The translations under genes and the position numbers were made by a program. The notes under the pieces were generated by a model that worked only from the letters and a program-made list of their open reading frames with translations, made no database searches and was not told the DNA's origin. Shown here piece after piece: positions 19,091 to 29,948 of a stretch of 64,000 nucleotides of DNA. The first letter of the stretch is position 1. Every line of letters starts with the position of its first letter. The DNA lies in contig JBNGBT010000006.1 in the NCBI GenBank assembly GCA_049903315.1, forward strand, positions 128,001-192,000, in the 5' to 3' direction. Source of the stretch: Candidatus Cloacimonadota bacterium (GTDB lineage Bacteria > Cloacimonadota > Cloacimonadia > JGIOTU-2).

Positions 19091-21700
19091 TTAAACCGTA
19101 CGAGAATCGTGTATCAGTTCAGGAATTTTCTGGAAAAGAGTGTGTGCATTCTCGATGTCTTTTCCGCCAGCCATTGCCATGTCAGGTTTTCCGCCGCCTT
19201 TTCCGCCGATGAATGCTGCAGCGCGGTTTACGATCTTCCCTGCATGGAAACGCTTTGTCAGGTCTTCTGTGACAGTACAGATAAGTGAAATTTTATCATC
19301 AAAAATTGCTCCGAGTACACCAATACCGGACCCGATTTTCTGTCTGAGCATATCCGCAGCTTCTTTAATCTGACGTATGTCTTTGACATCGAGCAAGCCT
19401 GAAACTACTGAGATGCCGTCAATTGTTTTTTTGCTGCTGATCAGTTGATCTATAATGTCTTTCAGGGATGCACGTTCAAGTTCTTCGATTTGTTTTCGTA
19501 GCTCTTTATTATCAGCGTGTAATTTATCGAGTTTTTCAGGAATATCTGAAACTTTCGTATTTAATTGCATTTGAAGCTGATGGAGGATGTGTTCGTGTTG
19601 TTTTACAAATTCATAAGCATATAATCCTGTCACCGCTTCTATTCTGCGAACACCTGCAGCAATAGAGCTTTCAGAAATTATTTTGAAAAATCCGATGTCA
19701 CCTGTTCTCTTGCAGTGAAGTCCACCGCAGAGTTCCATCGAGTAATCTCCAATTTCGATGACCCGCACTTTTTTCTCATACTTTTCACCAAAAAGAGCCA
19801 TTGCGCCTTTTTTCCGGGCATCCTCAAGGTTTTCGATGGAAGGACTCACCGGGATGTTCATTATAATCTTTTCATTGACAAGCAGTTCCACTTTATCAAG
19901 CTCATCCTGGGTAACCTGCTGGAAATGTGTGAAGTCGAAACGCAGTCTGTCCGGTGCTACATGCGAACCTTTTTGATGAAGATGGGTTCCCAATACTTGC
20001 CGAAGCGCAGCATGGAGAAGGTGGGATGCAGTGTGGTTTCGTGCAATATTATTTCTTCTTTCAAGATCGACTATTGCTTTGACATTTTTATCTTTGATCG
20101 CACCCTTGATCAGTTTGCCGAAGTGAAATATTACGTCATTCTGCTTTTGAACATCCTCAACTTCGATCTCAAATTCATTGTTGAATATTTTTCCCGTATC
20201 AGCGATCTCACCGCCGGATTCAGCATAAAATGGAGTTGTATTTAAAACAAATACAACATTGTTTTCTTCATCGACATAATAATGTTCAATCACACAATTT
20301 GCGACATCTTGCTCATATCCGACAAATTCACTTTTATGCTCTGGAGGTATATCCAGTTTTGAGAATGTATCACTTTGCCGGTCGAATTTTGCATCGTCAC
20401 GAGCCCGGTTTTTTTGAGCTTCCATCTCTTTTTCAAATCCCTTTTTATCGACCTCAAATCCTTTTTCCTCAGCCATGAGTTCCGTTAGATCAAGAGGGAA
20501 ACCGTAAGTATCATAAAGCATGAAAGCATTTTTACCGGAAATCACAGTACTCATTCCAAGGTGTTCTACAATATCATTGAATTTGCTGATGCCCATATCG
20601 AGTGTTTGATTGAAGCGCTCTTCTTCAGCATTGATAACCATCTGAATATGCATTTTCTTTTCTATGATCTCGGGATATTGATCTCCAAGAATACCGCATA
20701 CAGTGTCCGCGAGTTCTGCAAGAAATGGCTTGTGTATATTGATGATCCTGCCAAAGCGAGTTGCTCTGCGCAGTATTCTCCTGATGACATAGCCCCTTCC
20801 TACATTGGATGGGAGTACGCCGTCTGCGATAGAGAAAGTCAATGCGCGGATATGGTCTGAGATAACGCGGAATGCATGTTTGTCATCTTCAAATTTGACC
20901 TGAGCAATTTTTTCAATATGCCGGATTATCGGCATGAAGAGATCAGATTCATAATTGGAAGTTTTTCCTTGCAGTATAGCAACAAGACGTTCAAAACCTG
21001 CACCGGTATCCACATGTTTTTTGGGCAGGTCGATGAGTTCACCGTTGTCCAGTCTGTTAAATTGAATAAATACGAGATTCCATATTTCGACATAGCGACC
21101 GCAAGAGCCGTTCACCTCGCATTTGTGGTTTGGATCATCCTTTTGAGAACAGTGTTCGATACCTCTGTCATAATGGATTTCTGAGCACGGACCGCAGGGA
21201 CCAGTGTCAGCCATCTCCCAGAAATTGTCTTTGTCACCAAATTTGAGTATTCGATCAGGTTCGATGTCTGTTTCTTTATTCCAGAGTTTAAAGGATTCAT
21301 CATCTTCATAATGTACTGATGCATAGAGTTTTTCTTTTGGGATTTTCCAGATGGATGTGACCAGTTCCCACGCCCAGAGAATAGCTTCTTTTTTATAATA
21401 GTCACCAAAAGACCAGTTACCGAGCATTTCAAAGAAGGTGTGATGATATTCGTCTTTTCCCACTTCTTCGAGATCATTATGTTTGCCGCCGGCGCGGAGG
21501 CATTTCTGGCTGTCTACTGCACGTGTATAGTCTCGCGATCCGGTTCCGAGAAAGATGTCCTTGAACTGGTTCATTCCTGCATTGGTGAATAATAGTGAGG
21601 GATCGTTTATTGGTACAAGTGGAGCAGAAGGAACGATCTCGTGTTCTTTTGCTGCAAAGAATTCAATAAAACTTTTTCTGATCTGCGAACTCGTAAGCAT
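19091..21700 (-). CDS. alaS: Alanine--tRNA ligase
   Basis: LLFTNAGMNQFK, HHTFFEMLGNWSFGDY, EIWNLVF, editing motifs HTASH and ELCGGLH, C-terminal GGKGGG. Confidence 0.99.
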   Translation of the reverse strand: MLTSSQIRKSFIEFFAAKEHEIVPSAPLVPINDPSLLFTNAGMNQFKDIFLGTGSRDYTRAVDSQKCLRAGGKHNDLEEVGKDEYHHTFFEMLGNWSFGDYYKKEAILWAWELVTSIWKIPKEKLYASVHYEDDESFKLWNKETDIEPDRILKFGDKDNFWEMADTGPCGPCSEIHYDRGIEHCSQKDDPNHKCEVNGSCGRYVEIWNLVFIQFNRLDNGELIDLPKKHVDTGAGFERLVAILQGKTSNYESDLFMPIIRHIEKIAQVKFEDDKHAFRVISDHIRALTFSIADGVLPSNVGRGYVIRRILRRATRFGRIINIHKPFLAELADTVCGILGDQYPEIIEKKMHIQMVINAEEERFNQTLDMGISKFNDIVEHLGMSTVISGKNAFMLYDTYGFPLDLTELMAEEKGFEVDKKGFEKEMEAQKNRARDDAKFDRQSDTFSKLDIPPEHKSEFVGYEQDVANCVIEHYYVDEENNVVFVLNTTPFYAESGGEIADTGKIFNNEFEIEVEDVQKQNDVIFHFGKLIKGAIKDKNVKAIVDLERRNNIARNHTASHLLHAALRQVLGTHLHQKGSHVAPDRLRFDFTHFQQVTQDELDKVELLVNEKIIMNIPVSPSIENLEDARKKGAMALFGEKYEKKVRVIEIGDYSMELCGGLHCKRTGDIGFFKIISESSIAAGVRRIEAVTGLYAYEFVKQHEHILHQLQMQLNTKVSDIPEKLDKLHADNKELRKQIEELERASLKDIIDQLISSKKTIDGISVVSGLLDVKDIRQIKEAADMLRQKIGSGIGVLGAIFDDKISLICTVTEDLTKRFHAGKIVNRAAAFIGGKGGGKPDMAMAGGKDIENAHTLFQKIPELIHDSRTV

Positions 21701-21833
21701 GAAAATGATGTCCTTTTTGTGGTTAGAGAAAATTCGACACCTGCTCTGTCAAGAAAAATCAAGTAAGAGGGAACTTACCCCTCGATACATGAGCTTACAA
21801 ATAAATCGTATTGGTAGAAGTAATTGATTGCTT

Positions 21834-24800
21834 CTATCTTAGTAAAATCATCTTCCGGGGCTCAAATTTTTCTGAATCTAATTTTAGAGTATAGAAATAT
21901 ATTCCATTCGAGACTTTTCTGTTTTGACTATCCAGTCCATCCCATTCGATATGGTTATCTCCTGCTTCAAAATTTTCTTTCTGTATAGTGGTTACGAGTT
22001 CACCTTTAATGTTGTATATTTTGAGTGTTGCCAGAGTTGCCGGTCTTAGTAATGAGAAATTAATACGAGTTGAAGAATAGAATGGATTAGGGAAGTTTGA
22101 ATGGAGAATTATTGGTTCAGTAATTTCATTTTGAGGTTCCTCTTCGTCTATTGCTACGTGGAAGTTTCCGACAGAAAAAGCAGGCTCCATTTTCCATATT
22201 GTTTTGTTTCCTGAATCATCAATGAAAGATAATTTCAGGTCGATTGCTGTGCTGTCGTAATTCGTAAGAGCGGTTACATCAGCTTCATACAGCCAGCCGA
22301 TCATGCTGTCCTGCACGATCGGTGTTACAGGAATTTCCTGCCATATATCTGTTCCGTGTTCTTTATAATGAAGACGGGTTGAATCGAGAATCACTTCTTT
22401 ATACGTAAAATGATATCTCAAATAAGGTCCAACAATTTTCCAGTCTATAACAGAAAATTGCAATAAGCAGTTTTCATTTGTGGAAAGCGTTTGCGTGATA
22501 CATCCGTTATGATCGAACAATTTATATGAAGTTAGTTGAGGTGGAGATGCGTCCACCTGACTCATGTCAAAGTAGAAGTCAGCTGTTGCAGTTCCTTTGT
22601 AATCAGCTATGTAGTAACTAGAGTCGATAGTTTCTAAGTTATAAATTTCATCATACAGATGCATATACTGAATCTTTTCCAATGCTTCGTTCAGAATTCC
22701 TGATGTGATGATACTCCCATTTTGGTCATAAAGAAAGAATGGACTCTCATATGAATCTCTTATACGTATTTCGTCAAGTGATCCACAGAAGTTGCAATTT
22801 GGTGGATCATAGATTACCATGTAATCGTCATTTTTGCTGAAATATAAATGTGGATATACTAAACCTTCCCCAAAGTGCAATGTGTCTTCATTAACAAGAA
22901 TATAGGTTGATACATTTGGAATGAAACAGTAACTCGCAATGTTTTCATCTATTGAATATATTGGCAGTGTCTTGAACCACATTTTTGTATCATCGAATAC
23001 ATCATCATTTTCTTGTCCTGCGAGGAGAAATCCTGTTTTAATGTATTCGCATGTGCTTGCATTATAAAATAATGGGATGGACCATTTGTAATCGGAATTT
23101 GTTGTCACTTGTGTAATGGTTGAAGCCGCAAAGCTAGTCATTTCCATCATAAATTGAGGAAAAGCAAATTTATAGCCATTTCCAATGTTAACATAAGGTG
23201 AATGAATTCCTGGAGGGAATGTTAGAGCAAGGTTTTTCATAAAGAAGTCAGATGGATTATTTGTGAGAGTTAAATCACCTGATATTCCTTGTAAAATTTC
23301 ATGATTTACTATGTGACAAATATGTTCATTATCTATATCGAACTGTGTTTCACCACAAATAAAAGTATAATCATCAGATATATCTGAAACATACCACGTA
23401 TTTGGGGAATTAATAAAACCAATTCCCAATAATATAAAACCTTCTGGTGGTATCATTTCGCGAAGACTCGTAGCATTATCAAGCGATGAAAGCAATCGAT
23501 CCTGTTCATCTACAGCTGCTAATATAAATTCATGCTGGGCTTCATCAGAATGTATTTCAATATCTATATTTGATTGTATGCTCATGTCTTCATAGAAAAC
23601 GAAGTACTGTCGATTATTCTTTTCAATAATTGAAATAAGATCATACACGCCAAATGGTGCTTCAAATTCATAACAATAATAACCCATATAAGTTGCATTA
23701 AATTGATCGATATATACATGCTCGTTAAGTAGCATAAACTGAGATGAAGGACAATCAAATGTTAATCTTATAGTTGCCTGAACTACAAAAGACCAGGGTA
23801 GCTTGAGTTCTTGCTGAGTAGTATTTATGGATATAGTTCCGTCATGTGTGCAATGTAAAGAAGAAGGAGGGTCGATACATGAGTTATCAACTGTTAGATT
23901 TATGAGTGTTGTCATTGAGTCATTTGGAGCTAAGGAAAAATACTGTGGATTTGCCGACAGACTGATACCCGGTTTAATGCCGCCAAATAAAATCATAAAA
24001 TCTTGGTTAATGTCAGAATCGTTTATAATCTTTATGGTTTTTGTTTTAGTCCAGATGTTTTGCGAGAAATCATCAAGACCAAAGCTTGCACATGCAGGTA
24101 TCGCGAAGATGTCGATCTCAGCAGCTTTTTTTGCATTTACTCTTCCGCATCCCTGTGCCATCACATGTTCGTTAAGATCTTTCGCAGAAAGCATTATTGC
24201 GGATTTTAATCTTTCAGGTCCCCAATCCGGATGAAGGGATTTTATGAGTGCGCAGACACCTGCGACATGGGGAGCCGACATCGAAGTTCCACTCTTATAC
24301 GTGAATCCATTATTGAGTGCAAGTGAGTATATTTCCTCTCCCGGAGCAACCACTTCAGGTTTCATGTTCAAAATTTTTGTATTTGGTCCCTTTGAACTGA
24401 AATAACTAATTTCGTCACTTTTATTCGTAGAACCAACCGTGAGTGCTGTGCGTGCAGTTCCGGGGCTTCTAATGGTTTTCCATCCACCAGAATTCCCTGC
24501 CGATACACAGGAGATTACACCCAGCGCTGTTGCATTATCGACAGTAATTGAAAGAGCATCATCAGGTTCGCCGCTCCCACCGAGACTCATATTTATGACG
24601 TCAACTTTATCTGAATAGTCACCATCCCAATTAGGATCGAGTGCTCTGTTGACTCCGTTAATTATTCTCCATTCAGTACCAGTACCCTCTTCATCTAAAA
24701 CCTTGAAAGCCATAAGTAATGAATGAGGAGCAACGCCTTTAAGCGAATAACCATCACCAGAAATAATACCTGCAACATGCGTTCCGTGACCATTATCATC

Positions 24801-25490
24801 CATTGGATCATTATCCATGTGTATGAAGTCATATCCGTCGATCACTTTGAAACCCGGCCCAAATGCGCGTCCAAGGTGGGGGTGCGTATAATCGATGCCT
24901 GTATCGAGTACTCCAACGACAATGCTATCACCCATTGTTCCAAAGTTGTACCATACAGAATCAGCTTGAATAAGGGGAACGCTTTCGTACAGGTCAGCCG
25001 TATAAACTTTATTTTTGTGCAACTTTTTTACATACGGCAGTTCATGAATAGCGCTCATCATGATCCTTGGGACTTGTGCATTTATACCGAAGAAAACTCT
25101 GTAAATGCCTTCTGTAAATTCAGGTTGTGGCAATGGTGCTTTGTGGTTTTGTGATATCTTATAAAAGAGATTTAAAACATCATCTTCAAAATCATCAAAT
25201 CGGTTGGTGTAGAAAGATTGCGTTTTGTCAGAATCGGGATTGTTTTTCTTCTCTATAAAGTAGGGTGGTTCAGTAAATTCAACAATAATATCTTCAACTT
25301 CTGCAGGATCATATTCAATGATAACGGGATCTTCATCCCTGGTTTGAATGATGCGGTATTGACATCCTTCTCTTTTCTCGAACTCGAATGTTTTTTGATT
25401 CTGACATGTGTTTACAGCAGGGGTACAAAACAATTGAACTGAAATTGTTAGTATGACTAAAATTAAACCCGGAACCTTTAAATACTTCAT
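21834..25490 (-). CDS. Secreted S8 (subtilisin-family) serine protease with C-terminal T9SS-like sorting domain
   Basis: Catalytic triad motifs VLDTGID, HGTHVAG and GTSMSAPHVAG, a signal peptide, and C-terminal NFPNPF...IYNIKG...KMILLR. Confidence 0.92.
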   Translation of the reverse strand: MKYLKVPGLILVILTISVQLFCTPAVNTCQNQKTFEFEKREGCQYRIIQTRDEDPVIIEYDPAEVEDIIVEFTEPPYFIEKKNNPDSDKTQSFYTNRFDDFEDDVLNLFYKISQNHKAPLPQPEFTEGIYRVFFGINAQVPRIMMSAIHELPYVKKLHKNKVYTADLYESVPLIQADSVWYNFGTMGDSIVVGVLDTGIDYTHPHLGRAFGPGFKVIDGYDFIHMDNDPMDDNGHGTHVAGIISGDGYSLKGVAPHSLLMAFKVLDEEGTGTEWRIINGVNRALDPNWDGDYSDKVDVINMSLGGSGEPDDALSITVDNATALGVISCVSAGNSGGWKTIRSPGTARTALTVGSTNKSDEISYFSSKGPNTKILNMKPEVVAPGEEIYSLALNNGFTYKSGTSMSAPHVAGVCALIKSLHPDWGPERLKSAIMLSAKDLNEHVMAQGCGRVNAKKAAEIDIFAIPACASFGLDDFSQNIWTKTKTIKIINDSDINQDFMILFGGIKPGISLSANPQYFSLAPNDSMTTLINLTVDNSCIDPPSSLHCTHDGTISINTTQQELKLPWSFVVQATIRLTFDCPSSQFMLLNEHVYIDQFNATYMGYYCYEFEAPFGVYDLISIIEKNNRQYFVFYEDMSIQSNIDIEIHSDEAQHEFILAAVDEQDRLLSSLDNATSLREMIPPEGFILLGIGFINSPNTWYVSDISDDYTFICGETQFDIDNEHICHIVNHEILQGISGDLTLTNNPSDFFMKNLALTFPPGIHSPYVNIGNGYKFAFPQFMMEMTSFAASTITQVTTNSDYKWSIPLFYNASTCEYIKTGFLLAGQENDDVFDDTKMWFKTLPIYSIDENIASYCFIPNVSTYILVNEDTLHFGEGLVYPHLYFSKNDDYMVIYDPPNCNFCGSLDEIRIRDSYESPFFLYDQNGSIITSGILNEALEKIQYMHLYDEIYNLETIDSSYYIADYKGTATADFYFDMSQVDASPPQLTSYKLFDHNGCITQTLSTNENCLLQFSVIDWKIVGPYLRYHFTYKEVILDSTRLHYKEHGTDIWQEIPVTPIVQDSMIGWLYEADVTALTNYDSTAIDLKLSFIDDSGNKTIWKMEPAFSVGNFHVAIDEEEPQNEITEPIILHSNFPNPFYSSTRINFSLLRPATLATLKIYNIKGELVTTIQKENFEAGDNHIEWDGLDSQNRKVSNGIYFYTLKLDSEKFEPRKMILLR

Positions 25491-25661
25491 GTTATCCTCC
25501 TGTCTTAGGTTGTCCTCCAGTCTTGAATTGATTTTTGAAAATCATAACTAAGTTGTCAAATTTATTTTTTTTACTGCTTTGAAACAAAGGTCGTGATATT
25601 TGATGGAATAGTCTAAAATATTTGACAAAGGATTGGGTGCTTAAAAATGTAGCGAACTCAC

Positions 25662-25736
25662 GGGCCAGTAACTCAGTGGTAGAGTATCGCCCTTTTAAGG
25701 CGAGAGTCGAAGGTTCGAATCCTTCCTGGCTCACCA
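25662..25736 (+). tRNA. tRNA-Lys(TTT)
   Basis: GGGCCAG...TCGCC-CT-TTT-AA-GGCGA...GTTCGAAT...CTGGCTCACCA cloverleaf. Confidence 0.96.
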
Positions 25737-25756
25737 TTTGTATCAGCATTTTTTGA

Positions 25757-25831
25757 GGCCCCATCGTCTAACGGTTAGGACTCAGGATTTTCATTCCTGC
25801 AATAGGGGTTCGATTCCCCTTGGGGTCACCA
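25757..25831 (+). tRNA. tRNA-Glu(TTC)
   Basis: GGCCCCA...CAGGA-TT-TTC-AT-TCCTG...GGGGTTCGATTCCCC...TGGGGTCACCA cloverleaf. Confidence 0.96.
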
Positions 25832-25864
25832 TTTGTGATTTCTTGCGAGAAATATCTCGTAAGT
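25826..25864 (+). repeat. attL-like junction (tRNA end plus right arm)
   Basis: TCACCATTTGTGATTTCTTGCGAGAAATATCTCGTAAGT matches 45585-45623 and 50464-50502 at 38 of 39 nt. Confidence 0.85.
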
Positions 25865-25926
25865 GCCTTAAAATTTGGGTAGTTAGGGGGGTTCGATAAC
25901 TCTTTGGGGCTTGATACTTTTTCTAA

Positions 25927-25956
25927 TAAAAAAGCCGCCACAAACGTGACGGCTCT
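25927..25956 (-). terminator. Terminator of the minus-strand hydrolase/lipoprotein operon
   Basis: AGCCGCCAC-aaac-GTGACGGCT hairpin with an A-run on the + strand (T-run on the - strand). Confidence 0.65.
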
Positions 25957-25986
25957 ATTCAATTTAGCAATAAAAGATGGATTGAA

Positions 25987-26613
25987 CTAATTTATTTTTG
26001 ATATGGTTTTCAGTTCTGTATTATAGTAATAACCCCATTCGCCCATTGCTGCTAATGCCTGGGCTGGATCGTTGTAGAGTGGCAACAGGTTCATCTCAGA
26101 GGGATCATAGAGAGCTTCACCAACCATATTTCTCAGTAAGATGGGATAATACGTTTCATCATTGAGCCAGTCTGCTTCCCACCAGGTAACTGAGTCGAAG
26201 AAATGATCCAATACTGCCCTATAAGCTCTTTTAGCCTGCTCTCTTGCATTTTGACTACCACCCACAGTATACAATTCATGTAGTGACATTGCACAGAAGT
26301 ATTGATATTCACCTGTTGGACTTTTTGCTAGTATAGTAGCCCATAAATAAAATTGAGATTTTGCAGACGGGCATTCATCATAGAGATCCCACACATTCCC
26401 CATATACACATTTGCATCCGCATAGGGATTTTCAGGATCTGTTAAGATGTCTGTATTAGGATAGACCCCTTCATCTGCACCATATAAGGTGAGTTCATAA
26501 TCCGTGGGCAGTTCAATAATATTAACAATAGTACCATTTTTTCGGTCACAAGCAGATAGGAGAACAAGGAGTATGATAACACTTACCATGATCGCTATTG
26601 ATTTTATTCTCAT
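25987..26613 (-). CDS. Hypothetical lipoprotein of the beta-glucan locus
   Basis: Lipobox LSAC after a hydrophobic signal (start MRIKS at 26613, AGGAG RBS). Directly downstream of the hydrolase-barrel gene. Confidence 0.75.
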   Translation of the reverse strand: MRIKSIAIMVSVIILLVLLSACDRKNGTIVNIIELPTDYELTLYGADEGVYPNTDILTDPENPYADANVYMGNVWDLYDECPSAKSQFYLWATILAKSPTGEYQYFCAMSLHELYTVGGSQNAREQAKRAYRAVLDHFFDSVTWWEADWLNDETYYPILLRNMVGEALYDPSEMNLLPLYNDPAQALAAMGEWGYYYNTELKTISKIN

Positions 26614-26652
26614 TTTATCTCCTGTAAAATTTTGATTTTGCATATATTACTC

Positions 26653-29600
26653 CTAAAAATCGATTTTAAAGTACACACCGGTTTGGAATTCATAATCATT
26701 CATTTCATCACTGTTTTCATTTCCTGGTGAGTTTTCATCAAGGGTTCTGAATATAGTCTTGAAGCCTAATCTGCTTGAGAATTCTTCATTAAGGAAATTG
26801 TCGATGAGTACCGAATAATCAAACATGAATTGATAGGGGAAAGTGATGTTGAACTGTCGGTACCAGTCGTATGGTCCCCAAGCATTCTTCTTTGCATACG
26901 CAGAAATGATGTGTTTTTTATTGATCACAAATTTCGTATCAAGCGAGTAGTATTGCGGAGATTTTCGTTCAGGATTTCCTGTAGATTGCTGTTTGCCAGC
27001 TTCGATATTAGTAATTATTTTCAGATTACGACTGGGATTCATAATGAATCTACCTTTTGCCAACCAGACATTTGCTTTTGGCAGTCCTCCGGAAAATGGA
27101 ACATTAGTTTTACCTTGCTGATAATAGAAAAGATATGCATCGGTATCAGTATCATAACGAGTGTAATTTCCACCAATACTGAACGCCAGACCAGCATCTT
27201 CCCGATAGTCACTATCCCAAGCATAGAAATAACTTGCCGGAGTAGGATCATATGTCAAGAAGAATTCGCCTGAGGTTGCTTCTCTATTATCCAAAACTGC
27301 GAATGGATCACTATCGCTGTTGCGTGGAGAAAGACCCGGATAGAAATTTGTTCCATTAGTGTAGGGTTCAATACTGGGATTAGGGCCGATCAGATTTTGT
27401 CTGTACAGGAACCGTGGCAAGAGCCAGAAGTTGCCAACAGGCAGCAAAAATCCACCTTCATAGACTATTTTATTACCAAGGGCTGAATAGGGCATCGTAG
27501 TATCGAATTCTCTTAATGGATTTCCAGCATTTGCAACCAATCCTGCATAGGTGAAGGATGCATCGATCAATGCTCCACCAAAGATATTATACGTTACCTT
27601 AGCTTTTATACCCTGGGTATCCTCAAATTTGATCTTATCTTCGTATATTGTGGTGTCTCCATCAACATAATAGAATTTCTCATCTAGTCTTTCGCTGCCA
27701 GAAAAGAGATAACCAATCTCGACTTTTGTTTTTGGGATTACTTCTGTTTCCATACACAATGTCGTCTGACGTGTTGCACGTGATGTGGCTTCTGTCGCAG
27801 TTGCAGAAGCATTTGCTCTCACAAAATCCTCGGCATGTATCAAAGTATATTTGAAGAGATTGTTGCCAAAGTCATATTTTATCATAGCCTTGGGATTTGC
27901 TCCCCAATAGACTTCCGGTCCTGCTACAATAGTGAGTCCTGGCATGAATTTTTTTCCAATAAATTCTAATCCGTATGGTGCTTTTGCATTCCAGATATCC
28001 ATTCCTTCCATATCTGTTGCTTCATACATCAGCCCATAGAAGTCACCTTTATAACCCCAATGGAACCGTGGAACATGATAGAACATTGAGAGATCAAAAT
28101 TCTCAGTGCTGTAATTAGCATCAAAGCTATAGATTTCTATCCTCTCATTATCTTTTATTTCTTTAGTCGTATTGACTTCCAGACCATCATCATTGAGTTC
28201 AGTAATCACAGAGGTATAATATTCACCTCTTTTTCCATAATATTGTTCGAGTTTCTTATCAACAACGTTCCCCAAGATGTTTAGTGTAAAATTCCCCCAA
28301 ATCTTACTCGTAGGTTGAAAATCGAAATCAAGAAAGAGCATTTCACCATCTGAGAAGTCAAGTCCGTTCTTTCCATTCTTTTCTATATCTCGAGATTTAC
28401 CATTGAAAACCAGATCACCTTCAAGACTTCCGCCACTTAAATGAATAGCATCATTTTTCTTTTTTTCTTCTTGCAGCAATCTTACATCACCAGTTAGAGA
28501 CATTACTTTCATGTCTATATCATCTATGAATTCATTCATCGTGGTCTTATCCACTTTATATGGGTCAATGCTCCAAATATTTGAAAGGACATCATAGGCT
28601 GCACGTGGTCTTGCGGTATAGACACCATCATCATTAGGATCACCTAATGCGCAGATGCCGTACCATTCTTCGTTCATATTATTACGACCTTTAACAAAGT
28701 CAAATGAGTAACCACCGTTACTCCATGAGGCGTGTTTATCATGCACATAGAGATTTTCTACCTGAAGATACTTCCACCATTCATCGCGCCATTCAAATAT
28801 ACATCCACCGATAACATTTCCCTCTTCACCTTTCCCGTAACTTTTGTTATAAATTTCCTGCCAATTTCCCTTGATTATCTCTGCTTGTGCTTTTTGATCT
28901 TCTTGATTAGTAAGAGCGTTAAAAGCATCACTTCCAAACTCAGTTAACATAACTGGTAGATCAAGTTCTTTATCTACTCTCTCCCACATGTCGGTAAAAC
29001 TAATTCCCCGATAAGAATTTACGCCCAGAATATCAAGGTCTGGACAATATTCAACAATTAGATCCAGGTATTGGATATCACCATTAACGATAGAAAACGG
29101 GTGATTATGGTCTATTTCTTTTCCTGCATGAATGATCTCGTTGAATAAACTATACAGGGATTTTGCTTTTTCTCTATGCTGTTCACCTACTGGCAGGTCT
29201 TCAATTTCAAAACTGGACCATTCTAGACCATAGTTGCTTTCGTTACCAAGGGCGAACATGAGTACACCTGGCGTGTCTTTATACTGTTTAACAAGTTCCA
29301 GTATATCTCGCTTTAAAGTTTGCCGAGTGAGTTCGTCAGAATAGTTTGTTCTTTCAATCCATGCTCCTCCGATATTATATCCATATCTGCCCATCAAATG
29401 ATTCACGATAGTCATGATGCCATGCTTTTCGTAGATATAGGTTATCCATTTTGGAGGAATAAGCCCGAATGAACGAATGGTGTTAATACCAGCTTTTGTC
29501 ATTAAATTACACTCATAATCAAGGGTTTTCATGATTTGCTCATCAGTGTTAGCCCATAGATTATAGGCGTAATTCTCACCTTTGGGTGTGTAGCCCCACA

Positions 29601-29781
29601 CGACACCTTTGATGAAAAAGTCTTTACTATCAACTTGTAATTTCCATCCAAGATTATCATGATACGTCGTTACCTTTTCTGGTGTTGATGCATAAATGAC
29701 CGTATAAATACATAAGAAAACAACTGTCAGAAAAAAACTGATCAACCTTTTTTGTTGCGTTTCACTACTTAATTTAATCAT
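26653..29781 (-). CDS. Clan GH-A (GH2/GH158-like) TIM-barrel glycoside hydrolase fused to a C-terminal putative outer-membrane beta-barrel
   Basis: Signal peptide, FFIKGV, GINTIR, LGNE (acid/base), TEFG (nucleophile) and FEWRDEWWK. The roughly 600-aa beta-rich C-terminus ends in QTGVYFKIDF. Confidence 0.75.
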   Translation of the reverse strand: MIKLSSETQQKRLISFFLTVVFLCIYTVIYASTPEKVTTYHDNLGWKLQVDSKDFFIKGVVWGYTPKGENYAYNLWANTDEQIMKTLDYECNLMTKAGINTIRSFGLIPPKWITYIYEKHGIMTIVNHLMGRYGYNIGGAWIERTNYSDELTRQTLKRDILELVKQYKDTPGVLMFALGNESNYGLEWSSFEIEDLPVGEQHREKAKSLYSLFNEIIHAGKEIDHNHPFSIVNGDIQYLDLIVEYCPDLDILGVNSYRGISFTDMWERVDKELDLPVMLTEFGSDAFNALTNQEDQKAQAEIIKGNWQEIYNKSYGKGEEGNVIGGCIFEWRDEWWKYLQVENLYVHDKHASWSNGGYSFDFVKGRNNMNEEWYGICALGDPNDDGVYTARPRAAYDVLSNIWSIDPYKVDKTTMNEFIDDIDMKVMSLTGDVRLLQEEKKKNDAIHLSGGSLEGDLVFNGKSRDIEKNGKNGLDFSDGEMLFLDFDFQPTSKIWGNFTLNILGNVVDKKLEQYYGKRGEYYTSVITELNDDGLEVNTTKEIKDNERIEIYSFDANYSTENFDLSMFYHVPRFHWGYKGDFYGLMYEATDMEGMDIWNAKAPYGLEFIGKKFMPGLTIVAGPEVYWGANPKAMIKYDFGNNLFKYTLIHAEDFVRANASATATEATSRATRQTTLCMETEVIPKTKVEIGYLFSGSERLDEKFYYVDGDTTIYEDKIKFEDTQGIKAKVTYNIFGGALIDASFTYAGLVANAGNPLREFDTTMPYSALGNKIVYEGGFLLPVGNFWLLPRFLYRQNLIGPNPSIEPYTNGTNFYPGLSPRNSDSDPFAVLDNREATSGEFFLTYDPTPASYFYAWDSDYREDAGLAFSIGGNYTRYDTDTDAYLFYYQQGKTNVPFSGGLPKANVWLAKGRFIMNPSRNLKIITNIEAGKQQSTGNPERKSPQYYSLDTKFVINKKHIISAYAKKNAWGPYDWYRQFNITFPYQFMFDYSVLIDNFLNEEFSSRLGFKTIFRTLDENSPGNENSDEMNDYEFQTGVYFKIDF

Positions 29782-29820
29782 AGTCTTTCACTCCGTAAGC
29801 TATTGCATTATTTTAAGTTG

Positions 29821-29864
29821 AATGCTATATAGCAATATTCATATCATGAAAAAAAATCTGTCAA
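29821..29864 (-). promoter_or_regulatory. Promoter (-35 TTGACA) and palindromic operator ATTGCTATATAGCATT
   Basis: On the minus strand, TTGACA (29864-29859), a 22-nt gap, then the 16-mer (29836-29821). The same arrangement occurs at 31278-31321. Confidence 0.75.
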
Positions 29865-29948
29865 GAAATTACAAATTTATGAAAACCTTTTGATTTTATG
29901 TGTATGTGCTGGGCTGTATATATTTGAAGAAATGCTTGGAAAACTTTA

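Noticed and set aside
25492..25962. ORFs 25492-25764 and 25768-25962 on the minus strand
   Set aside because: They are antisense shadows of tRNA-Lys and tRNA-Glu.
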